From assembly GCA_043228905.1 (NCBI GenBank), contig JBHGNT010000006.1, positions 20,894,001 to 20,958,000 on the forward strand: a stretch of 64,000 nucleotides of DNA, written 5' to 3'. Made by a program: the position numbers and the translations under genes. Below, piece after piece: positions 35,318 through 45,934 of this stretch (position 1 is the first letter of the stretch; each line of letters opens with the position of its first letter). A model generated the notes under the pieces. It was not told the origin of the DNA and made no database searches. It saw only the letters and a program-made list of their open reading frames with translations. This DNA comes from Azolla caroliniana. Its lineage: Eukaryota; Plantae; Polypodiophyta.

Positions 35318-37366
35318 ATGGCGACGTCCTTTGTTGCTCCCACGACCACATTCTCTTGGAGCTTACTTCCTTGGAACCTGATTCTCAAAGAATCTGTTCA
35401 ATACAGACAAGGACGAGATTCCATGGAGCTTTTCAATCAGATGCTATCACAGTGCTTTCTTCCTGATAAGGTAACTCTAATAACTCTTCTCTCTGCTTGC
35501 TCAAAATTCCCTGATGTAGCGCAAGGAAGGCGTTTCCATGCCATGATAAGAGGAAATGAATGGGAATCAGATGTTGTTGTAGCCACTTCTTTGCTCTCTA
35601 TGTATTCTAAGGGTGGATACATTAAAGAAGCTTTGAAGATCTTCCATGGCATGCCTTTCAAGAATGTTGTAACATGGAATGCTATACTGAACTCTTTTCT
35701 TAGATATGGAAAGGTTGGATGTGTTTTCTGGTACTTTGGTCAGATGCAAGCACGTGCGATGAGACCGAATAGGGTCACCATCCTCACGCTTCTTGAGGCA
35801 TGCTCAAATCCTTCAACTCATTCATGCTCGATTCAGTTACTTGATCCATGCACGAACAAGATGATCGATTCATACTCGAATCAGTTGATGGATTCATCCT
35901 TGGAAAATTTGAACAATCCATCCTCGAACAATATGATCGATCCATGCTTGAATCAGTTAATGGGTCCATGTTCAAACATGTTGATTGGATCGTGGTCGAA
36001 CCAGTTAATTAGTCCTTTAGAAAACGAGTTCAGCAATCCATGCTCAGACAAGTTCATAGCCTCATGCTCGGAGAAGTTGATCGACTCATGCTCAAACCTG
36101 CTAAAACTTGAACAAGCCAGGCAGGTGCATGCCTGCATCATAAGGGAAAGTTTGGATACTGATGTGATCATCATGACATCTCTTATTAATATGTATGGAA
36201 AACTTGATAAATTTGAAGACGCGCATAGGATTTTCGGCATGTTAAAGGATCGTGATGCAGTTTTGTGGAGTTCCATGATTGCCCTAACAGCTAACCAAGG
36301 CTGTGGCAAAGAGGCATATGAACTCTATGAACAAATGAAACAAGAAGGTTCAATGCCAGATATAGTGACCTTTGTCAGTGTTCTCGATGCATATGCGTCC
36401 GAGACCAACCTAAGAGATGGAAAACATCTGCATGCGTCCATTGCACACATGGATTTGAAATTGGAAACTACTCTCTTAACATGTCTAATCAACATGTATG
36501 GCAAGTGCTCAGACATGGGGAATGCAAGGGATATGTTTGATGCTATATTTCAGCCCAGTGTGGTTTCATGGAATGCTGTGCTTGCTATTTATGCACATTG
36601 GGAGCAATATAAAGAAGCTTTGCAGACATTCAATGACCTACAACAAGTGTGCATTTTGCCTAATTCTGCAACATTTCCTAGCATTCTTGATGCTTGTGCT
36701 AACCATGCAAGCCTTTATGATGGAAAGAGGATAGACATACTGATTAGGAGTTCTGGTTTTGAGAATGATGTTGTTGTGGAGACTGCCCTTGTGAATATGT
36801 ATGGTAAATGTGGAAACCTAGAAGTTGCTTGTGCCATTTTCGAAGAGATGGAAACTCGAAATGCTATTACTTGGACGGCTCTTATTGCTGCATTTGCCCA
36901 AAATGGTCAATATTCTAAGGCTATTCAACTCTTTGATCAAATGGAGCAAGAAGGCATTAAGCCTGATGCAGTCACATTTGTGACCATTCTTTCTGCTTGC
37001 AGACATGGTGGCTGTGTTGATGAAGCCCTGCAATGGCTGAACCTTATGAAGAAATATGCACTAACTCCTTGTGAAAAACACTATGAATGTGTAATTGATT
37101 TACTTGGAAAGGCTGGAAGGCTAGATGAAGCTGAAGATCTCATGAAAGAATTGCCATATATGCCCACAATCATGACCTGGACAGCGTTGCTACAATCGTG
37201 TATAAATCAAACTGATATAAACAGGGGGGAGCGTATCGCCGAAGGCATGTTCAAGATGGACTCAAGCGAACCCGCACCGTACCTAATTTTATCTAAAATC
37301 TACTCTGCAGTAGGAAGACATGGTGAGGCAGGAAAACTCATACATGCTATGAATCATAAAGGATAA
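35318..37366 (+). CDS. PLS-class PPR protein with E domain and no DYW; intronless; contains an octapeptide-repeat insertion
   Basis: P/L/S motifs (TSLLSMYSKGG, NVVTWNAIL, PDAVTFVTILSACRHGG, HYECVIDLLGKAGRLDEA) and E motif (WTALLQSC..PYLILSKIY). Confidence 0.95.
   Translation: MATSFVAPTTTFSWSLLPWNLILKESVQYRQGRDSMELFNQMLSQCFLPDKVTLITLLSACSKFPDVAQGRRFHAMIRGNEWESDVVVATSLLSMYSKGGYIKEALKIFHGMPFKNVVTWNAILNSFLRYGKVGCVFWYFGQMQARAMRPNRVTILTLLEACSNPSTHSCSIQLLDPCTNKMIDSYSNQLMDSSLENLNNPSSNNMIDPCLNQLMGPCSNMLIGSWSNQLISPLENEFSNPCSDKFIASCSEKLIDSCSNLLKLEQARQVHACIIRESLDTDVIIMTSLINMYGKLDKFEDAHRIFGMLKDRDAVLWSSMIALTANQGCGKEAYELYEQMKQEGSMPDIVTFVSVLDAYASETNLRDGKHLHASIAHMDLKLETTLLTCLINMYGKCSDMGNARDMFDAIFQPSVVSWNAVLAIYAHWEQYKEALQTFNDLQQVCILPNSATFPSILDACANHASLYDGKRIDILIRSSGFENDVVVETALVNMYGKCGNLEVACAIFEEMETRNAITWTALIAAFAQNGQYSKAIQLFDQMEQEGIKPDAVTFVTILSACRHGGCVDEALQWLNLMKKYALTPCEKHYECVIDLLGKAGRLDEAEDLMKELPYMPTIMTWTALLQSCINQTDINRGERIAEGMFKMDSSEPAPYLILSKIYSAVGRHGEAGKLIHAMNHKG
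35798..36109 (+). repeat. 13 x 24-bp coding tandem repeat (consensus ~[P/S]CSNQLID) inside the PPR gene
   Basis: Exact 8-aa periodicity from ACSNPSTH to SCSNLLKL. Confidence 0.9.
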
Positions 37367-39380
37367 TGATAACACACCTCAAAATGCAGACAATGCCAAG
37401 TTATGATATATAAAAACCATACAATCAAGGAATGCTAAAATATAGCTGTATGGAAAAGGAATTCACATGAAGGTGTATGACCTTAGTTTATCATGATTAT
37501 TCATGGCATGCACTTATGCTTACAAAACAATACTTTTCTATTCGAAATCGAAACTCACATTCAGATAACTTGACAATTCTCATTGTTTGTGATCTTTATA
37601 TCAAGGCTCGGTTCCAAGAGCATGTCCGAAGGAAAAGGCTTGGACAAGAGAAGTGGTGCTCACTGCTGACATTGTGGACAAATGATTAAAATGTAAAAAT
37701 GACACTCTCTAACTCCATGGCCAATGGCTACTTGCATAAGAATACATATGCAGTAAGGGCAGATGATCAGTTCAAGTGTTTTTTGGCTAAATAGATGTTA
37801 TCAGGAACCCGAAGGTTGCGAAAATAGACAGACCTTCATAGTCTCTCCTTGTTGCAATATTCTCCAAGGATCATTATCTTACTACAAGTTTCCCAAAGAC
37901 ACTTATAACCTTATTGAACCACGACACATGATTTACCTCTTTGAACCACAACACATGATTTGCTATAAACACAAATGTCTAGGCATGGATGGGTGAACCT
38001 CGAAAAATGCTAGCATTCCTATTTTTGCACTCTCTTTGGGGGTTGTTGCTAGGAAGGCGTTTGCTTGCCTTCAAGAAGAAACTAACCTTCAAAGGAATAC
38101 CATTTTGTGCACACTTTGGTGGGCCATAAGCTTGGATAATGGCCTCTAGGTGAAAGTTTGAACAATGAACAAATGTACTTTAACCTGAAGCAAGACATTA
38201 CACCCAAAACTTGAATAACTTGGACATACTAGAATTACATTATTGATATTAGGGATTGTGTGTTCGTCTACCACAAGATTGAAATGAATAATCATTCTAG
38301 TATTCAAGGTATTGCCTAATGTAAATGGTTTTGGCTGAACTTTGACTTTGAACTTTGCATTAAAGGTCCTGTTAATCATTTAATACATAAAATCCATCCT
38401 TCCGTGACCACAACACGGGTTAATGTGGTTGAGAGTCTTGCACAAGTTTTGCCTTTGTTTTTTAATGGTGGGAAACCTCAAAAGTGGACCGAACTCCTAC
38501 CAAGAATGTTTACAACTTAACATCATTAGATACATTGAAAACAAACCAAGGCATGTGAGTTTTCACCGATACCAATGCATTAGAGACATTGCAAACATAA
38601 AGAGATCATCCAAGGGAAATCCTATGTGATCAATATGGATAATGTGTTGATTGCCCTGTGGATTATGAATAGATAGAAGTTTCCATAAAGCTATGTATCA
38701 AGCCCACATAAAAGCGATGGCAATGGGCTCAAGGTCGCCTAAGAGATCGAAGGACTTTTGAAAATAATATCGAGCAAGGAGCCATGCACAAGAAAAGCAT
38801 CGTTATGGGAACAAACAAGTTTGGAGTGGATGAAGAAGGCTTTCATCGACCTGTCCAAGCTTTAGCCAAAGTTGTTAGAGACAAAAAAAAATTCGATTTT
38901 ACGTAACTGTCCGTGCGAATGTGCAAGATCCCAAAGTAGATAGACAGAAGCAAAGAGAGAAACAAGGGTTTTCCCCTTAGGCGAATTGGGCGCATCCAAG
39001 CTCATTCTTCAGTTCACTATTCCCACTGAATCAATGCACAACATTGTCGGAAAGACCCTAGCAATCAAGCGGACCATATCATGGCCATCCAATCTCATGT
39101 ACGTACAAGAATTGGCCGATAGACAAGCAAAGAAACAAACCTACAAATAGACAGATAGACCCCCCCTTCGAGAGCCGTATGTATTTTCGAGAGAGACAAG
39201 ACAAACATTGAAACCCAGGGGCCACATCCAGACATGCACACACACACGCACACACACACACAAGGAGGGCGTTTTGTCCGGACAAGTATGAAACGGACTG
39301 CCGAATAGGGTTTTATCATTTGCTGTGATCTCTGCAAACTGAGCTTCCCTTCTGCAGACCACACCTCGCCTGCAGCAGCC

Positions 39381-41247
39381 ATGGTGAGCTCCTTCTCCTT
39401 CTCTTTCTCCTTCTCAATGCTTTTGTTCGCTTTTCTGTCTCCCTTTCCCTGTCTGGATTTCTGCTTATTTTTCTATCGATCAATCTATTCACCATCGTCA
39501 TCGTCATTGTCATCTCTGTTATACATCTCCTTCTCTCTTGGTTTTCTGGATTCTATCCCTTCCTGCAGATCAGTGTAGTAATTTAATTGTCATCTCTGTC
39601 TGTATATCCGTTTTCTGATCTTTTCTGTCTGCAGATCAAGCCAATCATCATCCCCACTTCTCTCTATCTCTCGCTTATTGCTGAAGTTCTTTGTGTTATT
39701 TCCTTATGATTTTCCTTGTTTATTTATTTATTTTTACCCACGCAGCCGAAGCAGATCAACGAGATCAAGGACTTCCTCCTCACTGCGAGGCGAAAAGATG
39801 CCAGGTCCATCAAGATTAAACGAAGCAAAGAAGTGGTGAAGTTCAAGGTCAGATGCAAGAAGTATCTATATACCCTCTGCGTCTTTGATACCGATAAGGC
39901 TGATAAACTCAAGCAGTCCCTTCCTCCGGGTATGTTTTCTTTCCTCTCTTCTTACAGTGCACTCGTTTAGCAACAGCTACAGAAAGATCAAAAGATGATT
40001 TCTGATTTTAAAAATTCTTTTAGGATTTTTGTTCTAAGAAAAACTTTTAAGAATCCTCATGAATCCATTTTGAAAGTTACTGTAGTATATGGGAAGTTCC
40101 TCTTGTTTCGGATATTTTACATGCCATTGTTATACTGTTGATTCTAGAAATATGCGGTTGAAATATGCTTTTTTCAGTCTTTTCTTTTTGTGTTTGGCAT
40201 CGTGCAATACTAGCGTAGAGGAAGATGAAAATATTTACTGCATTTTAGTAACAGACCTATACTTCATTTACCCAGAGAAATATGAAGAAAGTGTTCCCTT
40301 CACACTTTCATCGTTTTTAAGCGCAGTATAGAGAAGGCTTTACTGGCATCTTTCTTTCGAGAAAGACAATTAGTACTTCGACAATTCTTATTTTTGTCCC
40401 TTTTTAGTCATGCTGCGTAGAATCAGAGTTATGGGTACCACTCACTTTTCTTAATGGGTGCCATTGCTGACATTGTCTTGTAGTATCTACCCTCACTCAA
40501 CTAGTCTATGAACTGGGTTTGGAAACTATATTGGAATATAGAGAAACTTTTCTTCTCCACACTTCTGTTGTATTACGCCTAGAACACAGACCAAACCTGC
40601 AGTTTGCCAGTTTTGACACCTGTACTATTGGCCACACATTAATAAAACTTATCCACAAATATTGATCAGAATGACGTTTGATAGACTTATTCCAGAGAAA
40701 CAGGCTAAAAGAATTAAGTTTGCAGGAGTTTTGCTTAGCTATGTGATTGTGCTATGCTACAAATCCAACATGAACATAGTGAAAACTGCTGTGGAATCTA
40801 GAAGAAAGTCCCAACTCTGGGAACTTTTCTTGCATATTGGTTCTAGAGAAACAGGCTCAATTATGTGTCCTCTTTAGTGCAGGCTTTTTACTTCTTTTTT
40901 ATGTTTGGATTGGATTCAACTTCAATTAGTGGGCTCTAGGATTTTGTTTGCATATATTGATAATTTTCATATCTTTTATATATGATGCTCAACTCAATGT
41001 TCACTTTAGTGTCTGTTGCATTGCAATATATAGCAATACATAGGATTTTGTTTGCATATATTGATAATTATCATATCTTTTATATATGATGCTCAACTCA
41101 ATGTACACTTTAGTGTCTGTTGCATTGCAATATATAGCAATACATTTGATAACCACATTTATAGTACAGCATGCGATACCTCATTTGATAACTTCTATAA
41201 CCTATTTGTTTTCATTGTGTGCAGGTTTGAGTGTTCAGGATTTGTAG
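39381..41247 (+). CDS. RPL38: 60S ribosomal protein L38 (eL38), 69 aa; exons 39381-39383, 39746-39929, 41225-41247
   Basis: M|[26 protein letters not shown]...KLKQSLPPG|LSVQDL*; exon lengths sum to 210 nt. Confidence 0.97.
40937..41144. repeat. 2 x 104-bp tandem duplication in RPL38 intron 2
   Basis: TAGGATTTTGTTTGCATATATTGATAA...GCAATACA at 40937 and 41041. Confidence 0.9.
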
Positions 41248-43329
41248 TGATGATGCCAATCAGCATCAACGGAAGTAGAGTGGAACCTTGTGAGAGTTAG
41301 AAATGTGTATACTCTTCGGCATTGTTATGACTGCAATCCTGATGAGTGCTTTTATGTCAGATGTGAGGGAAACTAACTGTACAATTTGCTTTTGAAATAT
41401 GAAAAGGGGAAGCATATTGTGAGTTTTTTAACTTAAAAACAGTTCTCAGAAGCTTTTGGTTGCAATTGTTTTAAGCTTAGAGCCCCAATTTTCTATTTTG
41501 TGTTATTATTTTGCTTAATTTGTCTGGTATGTATTTCTGTCTCAAGTATATTTTTCCTGATTTTTCGAGCAAGGAGAAAAGGGCAGGTTGAGTTTGTTCA
41601 TATTCCATTGATTTTATAGAAGAGATGTAAACAAGCTGTATTGTGTGGATAACTTGCATTTGTTGCAATGTGGCTTCTTATGGCATCATGTAGCCAGTCT
41701 TACATACTCTTGGCAGAATCTTAATCTCCTTGGGGCTTTTACTACAGTGGTTGTTCATCTTGATGTATTTCTAAGATTTATATGGTTTCTAACGAGTTGT
41801 TTATGGATAGTGGTTAAGAGCGTGTATAATAGTGTATTGTGGTTAGTAATGTTTTATTTCATATCATAATGACCTTATATATGGTTTCTAACGATTTGTT
41901 TATTGATAGTGATTAAGAGTGTGATGGTGTATTGTAGCTAGTAATGTTTTATTTCCTAATGATCTGATGTTGGAATTGTGTGGAATCTGAAAGCATTGTT
42001 TTTGAACTGATTAGATGGTATAATAGTGTATTGGGAACCAGTAATGTTTTATTTCCTTATTACCTATTGTTGGAATTGTGTGAAACGTGATTGATTTCTA
42101 CATGACCTTACAGGGTATATAAAACCCTAAACACACAGTAATACTGTTGTCTACATGTTAATACCAGTGTAAATTGCAAACAGATTTTAAACACAGTGAT
42201 ACCATTGTCTGTGCAAGCTGCAATCTTCTTGAAGAAGTTAGTGAGGGCAAGTCAGCTTCAAGGATATTGATGTGCATATAAATGTTTAATATGAATTCAT
42301 CCTACATCCGTGCCTTTAATTTCAGGAACCAATTAGGGTTACAAATGTTTCGTTTGTCAGTTCTCTTGTTTTGTATTACTGGGTTACTATGGAAGCTATT
42401 GAATCAAGCTAATTTTTAGTCATCGACTTGTTTGGGATTATTGACTTGTGGATTGAAATTTGTACACTGCTTGTATACTATAATCAACCTATGGCCCCTG
42501 AGTTCTTGGATGGCTGTTCACAAATTTGTATGTGGTCATATTGGAGGAAGTCACCAAGATATTCAGTGCGAATGTAAATATTAACTTGTTGAGAAATGAA
42601 TCAAGTTTCATACACTGATCCTTTTGTCAATGAAGCCAGGACGCTTAGTAACATGGAGATCTAGAATTTTTTGTAATTGAAGGTAGGAGGCTAAGTAAGA
42701 TGGAGGTCTAGAATTGTATTGGGCAACAATGCATTATGCCTAACGGGAATGATTGTGGAAAGAACGTGATTGACCTTTCAGGACAAGGGCCATTTACGCA
42801 TGATGCATACATTATGATTCATGAACGTAAAATGATTTGGTAAATAGGATTGTAGGTCAAAACCAAATAAACAAAAAGATCTCTAATGGATTGTAAAATG
42901 AACGAATAATATGTAAAAGCATTAATTAGTTCACTATCAGTTTTATTTTTGTCTTATAGAAGTATTAACATGTTTTCAAAAAATGCCACGAGGGTATGGG
43001 ATTGCGAAAGATGCAATGAATCAAAACCAGTTGGTCTATTGTGCAACATTAATGGTATTTTAGTTTAGTTAATTGTTCAAGTTTCCTTTTGATGAGTGAG
43101 AAGATGAGAAATGTCAATGAAATATTAAGGTTGTTTCATGCTACCTATTAGAAACAGATCATGTCTTTTAATGATTGATGTGTAGTAGCAACCGGAAAGA
43201 GTTCAACATGTCAGCAGGATCCACTAAATCTTTGCAAAGTCTATATATTTTGCTATTGTTGGGCTAGGTTGAGTTGATCCTCATACGAGTTCTTCAACAA
43301 AGTTATTCAAGTTAGGTTGAAAGGAGCAT

Positions 43330-44545
43330 GCAAGTTAGGGATCAATTTGCGAGAATGGTGAGGGTCAGTGATGACATGAGGATTGATTTATCAGCATTTG
43401 GGGTATCCATTAGGTGTTTACGTTGCAAATGTTCAATTGATTGAATGGATTGGTGGTAAATTGAAGGACAAATTTATGTATTGGAAGTCTCAATTATGAC
43501 CGTTTGATATATGGCTCAAAGTGGTGCAACGTTTCTTGATACCCATGGTATTAAATTTTTTACCGTTACTTCCTTGGACTATGAAAGCATTACAAATATG
43601 GTTGCAACCTCTCTCAGTTCATGTTGTTGTGGAAGGGAGAAATGATGGGATTTAATGGGACTATTTCGCTACTCCCGAATGGTTAGGTAGTGCAACAACC
43701 ATTTGATGGCTCGTCGATTTGCATTATTACGATATATGTGTCAACAAGATCAACCATGGATATCAATGATGCAATATTTTGTTGAGCATGAAGGATTGGT
43801 GAATGGGAAAACAAAGAAGCATCGTGGTGCCCATTACTCAATGGATGTATTCCTCTAAAGATTCAATATTTTGTATGTGGACAACAGTTAGTAAGGTCAC
43901 GACAAGATGCATTATCGTTTTTTGAGTGACCACCATCAAGTGATCGAGAATTTTGCAATTTATGACAAAAGGATTTGCTCGTTTCTTCTCGAGTGTTGTC
44001 TTGGCATGGAAAAGAGAAGCTGAGATCTCAATTCAATCGTTTATTTTGATTGGGGGTTGTACAATTGGGAGATGTGGTTGATAATAAATCTCAAAGGTTG
44101 GCGGAATTTGAAGATGCCAAATGATGGTTATGTATTCCCCCAAACGATTTTTAAACCATCTTTAAACGGTTTGGCAATTTGGTTCGGTTTGGGCTTGAGC
44201 TTCCCTAACTAGTTTGAGCTCAGTTGGGATGGCTCAAGCTGATTAAATCTTTAGGAACTAGTTTAGCCAAACCGGTTTCCAAGCCAGTTAAGATTTAATT
44301 AGCTTGGCCAAACGAGTTCCTAAACCCGTTTAGGCTTAGCTAGTTTGGCCTTGTCCAAACTAAATCGGTTTAGGAACTGGTTCAGTTTAGGTTTGGAAAC
44401 TCCCAAACCGGTTGAGGCTTAACCGGTTTGGGTTGGACAAGGCCAAATCTGTTAAGCCGAAACCAACCGTTGCCGATTCCTTGTAACAAGTTGGATTTTA
44501 CATATAATTAATATAATTGTGTGCTTTTACCAAAAAAGAAAGAGA
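43330..44545 (+). mobile_element. Degenerate L1-like LINE fragment (copy A) with A-rich tail, interrupted by a repeat-rich insert at ~44150-44482
   Basis: 43985-44082 is homologous to 44670-44768 of copy B; tail ATTAATATAATTG..ACCAAAAAA resembles the tail of copy B. Confidence 0.6.
44150..44482. mobile_element. Fragment of a non-autonomous DNA element rich in AAACCGGTTT/AAACCG subterminal motifs
   Basis: Dense repeated AAACCG(G)TT motifs; only one candidate terminus seen. Confidence 0.4.
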
Positions 44546-44572
44546 TAGAGAGAGGGAGAGAGGCTACGTGTT

Positions 44573-45695
44573 CTTGGTTACCTCATGGCAAGAAGCACTC
44601 TTGTTATGTGTATGGAAACCATCATCTAGTAGAGAGCATTGTAATTCTTTGCAAAAAGAGTTACTTGTGTCTTCTCGGTTATTATGTTGGTCAGGAAAGG
44701 AGAGATTACACTCTCAATTTAATCGTTTGTTTCGTTTGGGGGTCAAAGAGGTGGGAGATATAGTTGAGGCTCCATCTCAAAGAATTTTGGAGTTTGTTGA
44801 AGCACGACAATTATTACGCATTCCGCCTAATTATGGGTTTATTTGGCAACAACTACGAAATATTCCATTGATGCAAGGTCCCTTACCTCTACAAACAGGA
44901 GAACAAACGTGGATTAATTGGTGTTTAAAGGGTCAAACATCGTTGTTACAGGTGACTACTAATCTTTTGTATCATTGCTCTGTTGAGTCTCTTGGATGGT
45001 TATAATCTAAGGCTGAAGAAGAATGGAGATTACACAAATCTGATCATGGGTGGTGGCAAATCTTACAACGTAGTTGGCATTCTAAATTGCCACTTATAGC
45101 AAAGGTCTTCATTTGGAGAGTTTTGATTGGAGGATTGCCTTTGGGATTAGCTCTACAGCGTAGTGGACTAGCAACGGGTAATTGCTTTTTTTGCACTGTT
45201 CAAATGGAAGATAGTACTCATCGATTTATATAATGCCCGATTGCTTCTTAGATTTGGAGTTACATTTCTCAAATTTGGCAAGTTTTATCACGGTGTTATT
45301 TGACCCCTAGACAATGGGCGTTTGCACAATTTACACAGGTTGACCCAAAGTCAGAAATGGAGATTGTTTTTCTATTTTTGAGATATTGGGGATTGCGTCA
45401 TAATTGGAATATGCGCAACGTTTTTGTATTTGATGGTAGACATAGAGTGAAAGCATATCTACGAAAGTTGAAGGGAGCACTAATGCGGCAATTTTCTTTA
45501 TTGGAGCAAGTGGAAATCCTTTCCTCGGTGGAATGTTCGGCTTGCCTATTGGCAATTTCAACATGTTCCATTACCCATGTAGTGTAGTGTAGTTATTAGG
45601 TGACCATACTTCATGGTCACACCCATTATAAGTAGTGTTTTTTACACACATTTATTAATATAATTATATGTTTTCACCCAAAAAAAAAGAAAAAA
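44573..45695 (+). mobile_element. 5'-truncated L1-like LINE (copy B) with poly(A) tail and 14-bp TSD
   Basis: TSD AGAGGCTACGTGTT at 44559-44572 and 45696-45709; zf-RVT-like coding remnant (KVFIWRVL...NCFFC...EDSTHRFI*CP). Confidence 0.85.
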
Positions 45696-45934
45696 AGAGG
45701 CTACGTGTTGAGGACTCGGAAACTAAGACTAAATGTGTAACTTACCATGGCCCACAGTGTGAAACCGGACAACTCCAAAACAGTGTGTTGGGCGGACACC
45801 AGGTGTGAAAGCGCTGAGTAGACACACAGAAGGTTTCGAGCTTTGTCTGCAGAACAGGGTCCCCTGCTCCCCCCTGCTAAACCCTAATTTTCCTCTTTGT
45901 GCAGTCGCAGTCCTGTCTCTTATCATCAGGCTTC

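Noticed and set aside
41770-42090. Possible snoRNA cluster downstream of RPL38 (TGATG/CTGA motifs)
   Set aside because: The motifs lie in degenerate local repeats; no terminal stem or rRNA-complementary guide recognised.
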